Assembly: GCA_036557025.1 (NCBI GenBank)
Contig: DATBIJ010000283.1
Span: 1-35,389, forward strand
Reading direction: 5' to 3'
Length of the DNA: 35,389 bases
Source of the DNA: Thermoanaerobaculia bacterium
Lineage (GTDB): Bacteria; Acidobacteriota; Thermoanaerobaculia; UBA5066; Gp7-AA6
In this document: positions 26,736 through 33,761 of the stretch, piece by piece
How positions within the stretch are numbered: position 1 is the first letter of the stretch
How the letters are laid out: every line of letters starts with the position of its first letter
Position numbers and translations under genes: made by a program
The notes under the pieces: model-generated
Told to the model about the DNA's origin: nothing
Seen by the model: the letters and a program-made list of their open reading frames with translations, nothing else
The model's database searches: none

Positions 26736-27122
26736 TTGCGGTTGACGCCGACCGAGGCTCATTACGTCCTGACCCGGCTGCTCGCGGAGCGCCGGATCCG
26801 CGCGCGTCACGTCGCCGACACCTTGAAGGCGCGTGCCCGCGAAATCGAGGCGCTGCGCGAGCGGCTCGCGTCGCTGGAGTCGATGGGCGAGACGCGGCCC
26901 CGGCGCGGCCGGCCGCCCGGACGCTCCTCGAAGCGCGGTGCCCCACGGCGTCGCAAGCTCTCCTCGAAAGTTCGCGCGCTGCGCCGGCTGCAGGGCCGCT
27001 ACATGGGCCTCGTGCGCCGGCTCAACCCGGCACAGAAGGCGAAGGTCAAGGCCGTCCGCGAAAAGAAGGGGCTGCCGGCCGCGATCCGGCACGCCGCGTC
27101 GCTTTCGGGGCGCTCCGCCTGA
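26736..27122 (+). CDS. Small, highly basic protein with an N-terminal coiled-coil-like segment and an AT-hook-like RGRP core. Function unknown.
   Basis: GGAGGT lies 5 nt upstream of TTG 26736. The RGRP core is at 26904-26915, inside RPRRGRPPGRSSKRGAPRRRK. The C-terminus is LQGRYMGLVRRLNPAQKAKVKAVREKKG. Confidence 0.6.
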   Translation: MRLTPTEAHYVLTRLLAERRIRARHVADTLKARAREIEALRERLASLESMGETRPRRGRPPGRSSKRGAPRRRKLSSKVRALRRLQGRYMGLVRRLNPAQKAKVKAVREKKGLPAAIRHAASLSGRSA

Positions 27123-27150
27123 GCATGGCTCTTGCAGTCCGGTCCTGACG

Positions 27151-27465
27151 ATGGCTGAGAAGCGCAACACGCCTCCTCCCGACGTCGACAAGCCGCGGAC
27201 GGCGTCGCGCCGCCTGCGGGCGGATCAGTACGAGCTGAAGATCCGCTGGGATCGCGCCCGGCAGGTCGTCGACGTGTCCTCGTCGAGCGTGACCTTCGAC
27301 TTCGACACGCCGCTGAAGGTCGGCAGCCGCTTTCCGGTCTCGCTGACCGCGCCGGGTGTCGCGATCTCGACGACGATCGAGGTCTCGCACTGCCGGCTGA
27401 CCGTCGATCCCGAGACCGGACGCTACTTCCGCGTCACCGGCAGGTTCTACCCCTACGTGGAGTGA
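27151..27465 (+). CDS. Small PilZ-like beta-barrel protein with degenerate c-di-GMP motifs (tentative).
   Basis: The start is ATG 27151. SRRLRADQY stands where the RxxxR motif is expected, and VVDVSSSSVTF stands where D.S..G is expected. The C-terminal part, RFPVSL....TTIEVSHCRL......YFRVTGRF, resembles a PilZ barrel. Confidence 0.45.
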   Translation: MAEKRNTPPPDVDKPRTASRRLRADQYELKIRWDRARQVVDVSSSSVTFDFDTPLKVGSRFPVSLTAPGVAISTTIEVSHCRLTVDPETGRYFRVTGRFYPYVE

Positions 27466-27468
27466 CCC

Positions 27469-27912
27469 TCACTCCTTGACGAAGCGATAACCGACGTTCC
27501 ACGCCGTCACGCGCACCTCGCGGTCGTGGCGCATCCCCTTCGGCTCCAGCAGCTTTCGGATGTCGGCGAGCTCGAGACGGTGCGCCGCGGGTGTGCGCGG
27601 ACCCATGACCTTCCGCATCGCGGTGACGACCCAGAGCACGCCGCCCGGCTCCAGCTTTCGGGCCGCGAGCTCGAGCACTGCCTGAGACCCGACGCGGTTC
27701 TCCCGCCACACGAGAATCGCGTCGAAGGTCGCCTTCACCGAGCGCATCGCATCGCCCGCGACCTCGACGCTCTCTCCCTCCGGGCGGCTCTCGGAGAGCA
27801 GGCGCGTCAGCGCGGGCGCGGCGTCGACCAGCAGCAGCCGGCCGGCGCCGGCGAGCTCGAGCCGGGCGGAAAGCTCGGCCGGGTTCTTGAGGGGGGCCTC
27901 GGGAGCGCTCAC
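27469..27912 (-). CDS. DUF3052-like (methyltransferase-fold-like) protein of unknown function.
   Basis: GTG at 27912 overlaps the stop of the upstream zinc-ribbon gene (GTGA). DAILVWRENRVGSQAVLELAARKLEPGGVLWVVTAMRK resembles the DUF3052 core DVVLLWWRD....L.D.......L...G.IWVVTPK (recalled, not searched). Confidence 0.55.
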   Translation of the reverse strand: MSAPEAPLKNPAELSARLELAGAGRLLLVDAAPALTRLLSESRPEGESVEVAGDAMRSVKATFDAILVWRENRVGSQAVLELAARKLEPGGVLWVVTAMRKVMGPRTPAAHRLELADIRKLLEPKGMRHDREVRVTAWNVGYRFVKE

Positions 27913-28310
27913 CGCTTCCGCAAGGCCATCCAGCCGAAGTACCCGAAGAACGCGAGCGCCGCGAGGCCGACGATCCATGAGGTCCCGGAGGCGAAGCGGG
28001 AGAGGATCTTGTACATCAGATAGAAGAGCAGCGCGAAGACGGGGATCGTCAGCAGCCCCATCGCGAAGAGGATCGAGCGAGATTTCGAAGGCTTCTCGGA
28101 GGGCAGGACCTTCATCAGCTCGAGCTGTTTCGCCGCCTCGGGAGGCAGCTCGCGCGGCTCGCCGCGCCGGACCCCTTCGGGCTCCGGATACTTTTCGCGA
28201 AAGTCCGGCGGGAGCGCGGTGCCGCAGTAGACGCAGTGGTCCAGCTTCCAGGCGGCGACCGGGCGGCGGCACTTCGTGCAGCGGGGAACCTCGGCGCTCA
28301 TCGCCGGCAT
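27909..28310 (-). CDS. Zinc-ribbon (CxxC...CxxC) protein with two C-terminal TM helices. Function unknown.
   Basis: The N-terminus is MPAMSAEVPRCTKCRRPVAAWKLDHCVYCGT. The TMs are ILFAMGLLTIPVFALLFYLMY and WIVGLAALAFFGYFGWMAL. Confidence 0.65.
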   Translation of the reverse strand: MPAMSAEVPRCTKCRRPVAAWKLDHCVYCGTALPPDFREKYPEPEGVRRGEPRELPPEAAKQLELMKVLPSEKPSKSRSILFAMGLLTIPVFALLFYLMYKILSRFASGTSWIVGLAALAFFGYFGWMALRKR

Positions 28311-28369
28311 TGTCTCATCCGGGAACCTGATAGCGTTTGGGCAACGGCGCCGGGCGCGCAGGAGGATCG

Positions 28370-29290
28370 GTGAGACGCCGGACCATCGGCTGGGGCGGTT
28401 GCGGAACCGAGCTCGTGACGCCTTTCGACGAGAAGGGGCGCCTCGACTTCGCCGCGCTGGAGCGGCTGGTGTCCTGGCAGATCGAGAGCGGCGCGGACTT
28501 CCTCGTGCCGGCCGCCACCACCGGCGAATCGGCGACGCTCTCCGGCGAGGAGCGGCGCGCCGTGGTCGCGGCCGTGGTTCTCGCGGCGGCGGGACGGGTG
28601 CCGGTGCTGGCGGGTGCGGGGGGCAACCACACCGCGAAGGCCGTGTTCTGGGCCCGCGACGCCGAGGCCGCGGGCGCGAGCGCCCTGCTGTCGGTCACGC
28701 CGATGTACAACCGGCCGACGATCGAGGGCCTCTCGCGGCACTACGCCGCGATCGCGGAGGCCACGAGGCTGCCGATCGTGATCTCGAACGTGCCCGGTCG
28801 CACGGGGACCGACCTCGACGAGGACGATGTCGCCCGCCTCGCGGAGATCCCCGGCATCGCGGGCATGAAGGAGGGCTCGGGCAACCTGGCCCGCCTCGCG
28901 CGGCTGATGGCGCGCCTTCCCGATTCCTTCGCGGTCTTCTCGGCCGACGAGCTGACCGCGCTCCCCGTCATCGCGCTGGGCGGCCGCGGCGTGATCTCTC
29001 CCGCCGCCAACGTCGCTCCCCGCGAGGTCGTGGAGATGGTGCGCGCGGCGCTCGCGGGCGACGGGGCGAAGGCCCGGGCCCGGCTGCGCGAGATCCTTCC
29101 GGTGATCGAGATGACGGGCTGGGAGACGAACCCCGGCCCCGTCAAGTGCGCGTTGTCGCTGATGCGCCGCTGCGGCGAGACGCTTCGCCTGCCGCTCGCG
29201 CCCGTCACCGCGGAGACGCGGCGGCGAATCGAGAAGCTGCTCGCCGAGCGCAAGGAGCTCCCGCGGCGCAAGTCCGCGGCGACGCGCTAG
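28370..29290 (+). CDS. dapA: 4-hydroxy-tetrahydrodipicolinate synthase family protein (DapA/NAL-type class I aldolase) with an atypical Ser at the Tyr133-equivalent position.
   Basis: AGGAGGA lies 3 nt upstream of GTG 28370. The sequence is collinear with E. coli DapA: ATTGESATL, SVTPMYNRP, NVPGRTG and the Schiff-base Lys in GMKEGSG. The LYNVP tyrosine is replaced (IVISNVP; Ser codon at 28784-28786). Confidence 0.8.
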   Translation: MRRRTIGWGGCGTELVTPFDEKGRLDFAALERLVSWQIESGADFLVPAATTGESATLSGEERRAVVAAVVLAAAGRVPVLAGAGGNHTAKAVFWARDAEAAGASALLSVTPMYNRPTIEGLSRHYAAIAEATRLPIVISNVPGRTGTDLDEDDVARLAEIPGIAGMKEGSGNLARLARLMARLPDSFAVFSADELTALPVIALGGRGVISPAANVAPREVVEMVRAALAGDGAKARARLREILPVIEMTGWETNPGPVKCALSLMRRCGETLRLPLAPVTAETRRRIEKLLAERKELPRRKSAATR

Positions 29291-29300
29291 CGCGCCGGGC

Positions 29301-30674
29301 TCAGACCACGCGCCCGGCGATGCGCCGGAAGTAGTCGGCGAACGCCGCCATCCCCCCGGAAGCCTGCCCCCAGTCGAAGTTTTCGTTGGGCGCGTGGTAT
29401 CCGTGCTCGGGGAGCGAGAGCCCGAGGAAGAAGACCGGGGTCTTCAGGACCTTCTCCATCGAAAGCACGGCGCCGATCGATCCGCCCTCGCGCACGAAGA
29501 CGGGCTCCTTGCCGAAGGCGAACTTCATCGCGCCCTTGATCGCGTCGGCATAGGGTCCCGTGGTCTTGCCCTGATAGGCGGGCAGCGCGTGCTCGGCCGA
29601 GACCTTCACGTCCGGGTTCTTCTTCCTCACGAAGTTCGTGACGAGCCGCACGATCTTCTTCGGGTCCATGCGGGGCACGAGCCGGCAGGAGACGATCGCC
29701 GTGGCTTTGGGCGGGATGATCGTCTTGACTCCGGGACCGTGGTATCCGCCCGCGATCCCGTGCACCTCGAAGGTGGGCAGAAGCCAGATCCGCTTCATGA
29801 CGTCGACCGCGTCGTTGGTGCGGAGCGACTTGAAGAGGTGGTCCTTCTTGAACTCCTTGACCGAGAAGCCGCTCTTGCGCAGGTCCGCGAGCTCCTTCTT
29901 CGTCGGCGCGACGACGTCGGAGTAGAAGCCCGGGATCTTGACCTTGCCGGTCTTCGCGTCGACGCACTCCGAGATCAGCTGCGCCATCTCCGCGATCGGG
30001 TTGCGCGCGGCGCCGCCTGCCGTGCCCGAGTGCTGGTCGGTCTCACCGGTCTCGAGGTGGAACCGCAACCCCTGCAGGCCGCGCAGGCCCGCCGGCTGGG
30101 CGGGGCGCTTGCGGGAGACCCACACCGTGTCCGACACGACGACGGAGTTCGTCTTCAGCTCGGCGGCCTTTTCCTTGATCGTCGACTCGAAGTGGGGGCT
30201 CCCGATCTCCTCCTCGAACTCCCAGAGAAAGCGGATGTTGACGGGCGCCTCCTGCTCCCAGGCGTAGCGGGCGCCGAAGAGCGCGGTGACGGCGGGACCC
30301 TTGTCATCCGTGGTGCCGCGGCCGAAGTAGCGCTCCCCGTCGCGCACGAAGCGAAACGGCTCCGTGCGCCAGTCCGGGCCGTCGGCGGGCTGGACGTCGA
30401 TGTGGTTGTAGACGGTCACGGTCGGAAAGCTCGGATCGCGGTCGAGGCGTCCGTACACGATCGGGTGTCCCGCCGTGTTCCAGAGCTCGGCCTTGGCGCC
30501 GACGGACTCGAGCAGCGCCACGGTGTACTCGGCCGCGCGCCGGACGTCGGCCTTCCGCTCGGGATCGACGGAGACCGAGGGGATCTCCACGATGTCTCCG
30601 AGCGTCTTCTCGAACTCCCCGCGCTGGCGGTCGGCGTATTTCTGAAGAGATTCCCGGCTGAAGCCGTCGGTCAT
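29301..30674 (-). CDS. M20/M25/M40 family metallopeptidase (dipeptidase/deacylase-like).
   Basis: GGAGGA lies 4 nt upstream of the ATG at 30674. Motifs present are YNHIDVQPAD, GRGTTDDKGP and WEFEEEIGS. Confidence 0.9.
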   Translation of the reverse strand: MTDGFSRESLQKYADRQRGEFEKTLGDIVEIPSVSVDPERKADVRRAAEYTVALLESVGAKAELWNTAGHPIVYGRLDRDPSFPTVTVYNHIDVQPADGPDWRTEPFRFVRDGERYFGRGTTDDKGPAVTALFGARYAWEQEAPVNIRFLWEFEEEIGSPHFESTIKEKAAELKTNSVVVSDTVWVSRKRPAQPAGLRGLQGLRFHLETGETDQHSGTAGGAARNPIAEMAQLISECVDAKTGKVKIPGFYSDVVAPTKKELADLRKSGFSVKEFKKDHLFKSLRTNDAVDVMKRIWLLPTFEVHGIAGGYHGPGVKTIIPPKATAIVSCRLVPRMDPKKIVRLVTNFVRKKNPDVKVSAEHALPAYQGKTTGPYADAIKGAMKFAFGKEPVFVREGGSIGAVLSMEKVLKTPVFFLGLSLPEHGYHAPNENFDWGQASGGMAAFADYFRRIAGRVV

Positions 30675-30695
30675 TGGGTCCTCCGCGAGGCCCGC

Positions 30696-30723
30696 GATTC
30701 TATACGGCTCGCCGCGTAGAATC
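30696..30723. promoter_or_regulatory. Perfect 7-bp inverted repeat GATTCTA-N14-TAGAATC in the divergent intergenic region. Each arm reads as a TAGAAT (-10-like) hexamer facing one of the two divergent genes.
   Basis: GATTCTA is at 30696-30702 and TAGAATC at 30717-30723. These AT-rich arms sit in GC-rich surroundings. They lie 23 nt upstream of the M20 start and 50 nt upstream of the phosphatase-like start. Confidence 0.35.
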
Positions 30724-30772
30724 CGTGCTCCGTCGGCGGGCGACGGGGTCTTTGTCCGGAGGATTCTTGCGC

Positions 30773-31831
30773 GTGACTCGGCGAGCCGTCCTCGCGGTCC
30801 TGCTGCTCGTGGCGGCGGGGGCGGCGGCCATCGCCTTTCGTCACACCGGGGTCCGGCGCGTCATCGACGGGCAGCTCCTGCGCTCCGGACAGCCCGGCGC
30901 GGAAGGCCTCGAGCGGGCGGTGAAGGAGCACCGCATCCGCTCGCTGGTGAACCTCCGCGGAGAGGATCTCCGGCAGGCCTGGTATCGGGAGGAGCAGGCG
31001 ACCGCCCGCCGACTCGGCCTGGCGCACTGGGACGTGCGGCTTCGCATGGACGAGCCGCCCGCACAGTCGGAAATGCGAACGCTCCTGAAGGCGCTCGACA
31101 CCGCTCCCCGGCCGCTGTTGCTGCATTGCCGGGCAGGAGCGGATCGCGCCGGCTTCGCGGCCGCGGCCGCTCGCGCGGCGGCGGGAGACGCGCTCGAGGA
31201 CGCGTTGTCGGAGCTGTCGCCCCTCGCCGGACATGTCTGCTGGCCGCCCTCCTGCCCGCTTCACGGATTCTTCGGCGAATACCGCCGGTGGCTCTCCGAA
31301 GAGCGGCGACCGCACTCCGCGGAAGCGTTCCACAAATTCGTCGAGCAAGCGTACGCGCCGGAGCCCTACCGGGCGCAGATCACGGTGGAGCGCGCGCCCG
31401 AGGACGGCTCCGTGCTGGCGCCGGGAGAGACCATCGCGCTGCGCGCGCGGGTGCGCAACGCTTCGCGGCACGTCTGGCCGCTGTCGGCCGGCGCGCGCGG
31501 AGTGCGTCTGGGCGTGCGCGTGATGGGCCCCTTCGCGGAATACCCCGACCCCCAGGATGCCATCGAGCGCCTGCGCGTCCCCGGAATGCCCGAGGCTCGC
31601 GACGTGGCGCGCGCCGGACTCGAGGACGGGCGCGTCCCCGCGGGCGACACGCACGTCTTCGACGCCGAGTGGGAGATGCCCCAGGAGCCGGGGCGCTACG
31701 TCTTTCAAGTCGACATGGTCGACGAGCACGTCCACTGGTTCAGCGACATGGGAGGCCCCGGCGTGCTCCTTCGCCTCGAGGTCGCCGCGGCGCCCCCCGC
31801 CGCGCCGCCCCCGGAGCCCGCGTCCCGCTAG
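30773..31831 (+). CDS. Membrane-anchored dual-specificity/tyrosine phosphatase-fold protein (CX5R) with a C-terminal Ig-like/beta-sandwich-like domain.
   Basis: GGAGGA lies 9 nt upstream of GTG 30773. The TM is AVLAVLLLVAAGAAAIAF. The pattern LLRSGQP......IRSLVNLR is present, and the active-site loop HCRAGADR is at 31124-31147. The C-terminal ~130 aa (ITVERAPEDGSVLAPGETIALRARVRNAS...GRYVFQVDMVDEHVHWF) resembles the NBR1/CARDB-like domains seen on glycan enzymes. Confidence 0.75.
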   Translation: MTRRAVLAVLLLVAAGAAAIAFRHTGVRRVIDGQLLRSGQPGAEGLERAVKEHRIRSLVNLRGEDLRQAWYREEQATARRLGLAHWDVRLRMDEPPAQSEMRTLLKALDTAPRPLLLHCRAGADRAGFAAAAARAAAGDALEDALSELSPLAGHVCWPPSCPLHGFFGEYRRWLSEERRPHSAEAFHKFVEQAYAPEPYRAQITVERAPEDGSVLAPGETIALRARVRNASRHVWPLSAGARGVRLGVRVMGPFAEYPDPQDAIERLRVPGMPEARDVARAGLEDGRVPAGDTHVFDAEWEMPQEPGRYVFQVDMVDEHVHWFSDMGGPGVLLRLEVAAAPPAAPPPEPASR

Positions 31832-31852
31832 GCTAGTCCTATACTGCGCGGC

Positions 31853-32860
31853 ATGTCGGTTCCCGCGGCCTCCGCGCCGCCGCGCCCGGGCCTCCGTGTG
31901 CGCTACTCCGTCGTCGTGCCCGTGCACAACGAGCAGGAGAACATCCCGCCGCTGGCGGCGCGGCTCCGGGAGGCGATGGGGAAGCTCAACGCTCCCTACG
32001 AGGTCGTGTTCGTCGACGACGGCTCGAGCGACGGGAGCGCCGCGGCGCTGCGGCGCGCGCTCTCCGAGTTCGAGAGCGCCCGGCTCGTGCGATTTCGGCG
32101 CAACTTCGGCCAGGCGGCGGCGCTGGCGGCGGGCTTCGACGAGGCGCGCGGCGACGTCGTGCTGAGCATGGACGCCGACCTGCAGAACGATCCCGAGGAC
32201 ATCCCCATCCTGCTCGAGAAGCTCGCCGAGGGCTACGACGTCGTCTGCGGCTGGCGCAAGGAGCGTCAGGAGGGCGCCTTGCGCCGGCGCGCGCCGTCGA
32301 CCGCGGCCAACTGGCTCATCCGCCGGGTCACGGGCGTTCCGGTGCACGACACCGGGTGCACCCTGCGCGCCTGCCGGCGCGAGATCCTCGCCCAGCTGCC
32401 GCTGCACGGCGGCCTGCACCGCTTCATCCCCGCTCTGGCGGCGGATCTGGGCGCGCGCGTCACCGAGGTGCCCGTGCGCCACCATCCGCGCGCCGCCGGG
32501 GTCAGCAAGTACGGCTTCGGACGCCTGCTGCCCGTCGTGATCGACCTGATGTTCGTGAGCTTCGCGATGCGGTTCGCGCGCCGGCCCCTCTACTTCTTCA
32601 CGGGACTCGGCCTCGCGGTCTCGCTCGCGGGGGCCGCAATGCTGTCCTACCTGACCGTTCTGAAGCTCGCGCTCGGGCAATCGATCGGGGACCGCCCCCT
32701 GCTGGTATTCGGCGTTCTGTTCGTCCTCGCGGGACTCCAGCTCGCGAGCTTCGGGATGCTCGCCGGCCTGCTCTACAAGTTCCACCTGGAGACGCGGGGA
32801 GGCTCGGCCTACTCCGTGCTCGAGGTCGTCGAGGGCGGCCGCGGTGCGGGCGGCTCTTAG
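31853..32860 (+). CDS. Family 2 glycosyltransferase, polyprenyl-phosphate sugar synthase type (ArnC/GtrB/DPM1-like) with C-terminal TMs.
   Basis: Motifs present are YSVVVPVHNEQENI, VFVDDGSSDGS, RRNFGQAAAL, SMDADLQNDPEDI, GWRKERQ and VHDTGCTLRA, followed by two C-terminal TM helices. Confidence 0.9.
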   Translation: MSVPAASAPPRPGLRVRYSVVVPVHNEQENIPPLAARLREAMGKLNAPYEVVFVDDGSSDGSAAALRRALSEFESARLVRFRRNFGQAAALAAGFDEARGDVVLSMDADLQNDPEDIPILLEKLAEGYDVVCGWRKERQEGALRRRAPSTAANWLIRRVTGVPVHDTGCTLRACRREILAQLPLHGGLHRFIPALAADLGARVTEVPVRHHPRAAGVSKYGFGRLLPVVIDLMFVSFAMRFARRPLYFFTGLGLAVSLAGAAMLSYLTVLKLALGQSIGDRPLLVFGVLFVLAGLQLASFGMLAGLLYKFHLETRGGSAYSVLEVVEGGRGAGGS

Positions 32861-33761
32861 GCTGCTCTTCGGGGCGGCCGTGCTCGTCGCGGTCGTCTGG
32901 ATCGTGAAGCCGGAGCGCGTGCGGGAGGCGGCCCGCCCGGTCGGCGCCGGCGCGCTCGCCGCCGCGGCGTCGCTCTACCTCGCGGGCCAGCTCGCCTGCG
33001 CCGAGAAGTGGCGCCGCGTCTCCCGCGCGCTCGGGATCGCGGCCCCCGCCGGCCGCTTCGCCGCGCTCTATCTCTCCGGGATGTTCCTGAACCTGCTGCT
33101 GCCGACGAGCGTCGGCGGCGACGCGGCGCGCGCGTATCTCGTGGCGCCCAAAGATCCCGTGCGCGGCGCCGCCTCGGTCGTCCTGGAGCGGGGCACGGGC
33201 CTCTTCGTCCTGCTCGCGATGCTCGCGGTGTGCGCCGCGATCACGCCCCTGCCCGGCGCCGCCTGGGCGGCGGCCGGCGCGACTGCCGGCCTGCTCTTGC
33301 TCCTCGCTCTCCCGCGCCTGGCGGCGAGCGCCGCGACGTGGCGGCTCCCCGCGTGGCTGCCGCCGGCTGCTCTGCGGGACGCCGCGGCGGTCACTCGCCG
33401 GCCGCGCGTCATGGCGGCGGCCCTGTTGCTGTCGGGGCTCTTCTACGCGTGCCTCGTCGGCATGCACGTCCTGCTCGCGCGCCGCATCGGCATCGCGCTT
33501 CCGGTCTCGGCGCTCGCGGCCGTCACCGCGATGGGATCGCTCGCGGCGATGCTGCCGTTCTCGACCGGCGGCCTGGGCCTGCGGGAGGCGGCCTACGTCG
33601 CGGTCTTGTCGACCTGGGGAGTGGAGCGGGGCACGGCGCTCGCGCTGGGCCTGACCTCGCTCGCGGCCGTGCTCCTCGTCGCCCTGACCGGAGGAATCGT
33701 GCTGGCGGCGCAGCGGCGGGTGCTGCGGCCGGCCCCGCAAGCGGAAGCGCCGGAGCCGTGA
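32844..33761 (+). CDS. Flippase-like membrane protein (lysylphosphatidylglycerol-synthase TM-region / UPF0104 family).
   Basis: The GTG start overlaps the GT2 gene end. It is a multi-TM protein with the characteristic YLSGMFLNLLLPTSVGGDAARAYL segment. Confidence 0.8.
   Translation: MRAALRLLFGAAVLVAVVWIVKPERVREAARPVGAGALAAAASLYLAGQLACAEKWRRVSRALGIAAPAGRFAALYLSGMFLNLLLPTSVGGDAARAYLVAPKDPVRGAASVVLERGTGLFVLLAMLAVCAAITPLPGAAWAAAGATAGLLLLLALPRLAASAATWRLPAWLPPAALRDAAAVTRRPRVMAAALLLSGLFYACLVGMHVLLARRIGIALPVSALAAVTAMGSLAAMLPFSTGGLGLREAAYVAVLSTWGVERGTALALGLTSLAAVLLVALTGGIVLAAQRRVLRPAPQAEAPEP

Noticed and set aside
31840-31855. A TATACT hexamer 7 nt upstream of the GT2 start codon, with no visible RBS, suggesting a leaderless internal promoter.
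   Set aside because: No -35 element is present at the proper spacing. The gene lies 21 nt after the phosphatase gene, so simple co-transcription is the more economical explanation.
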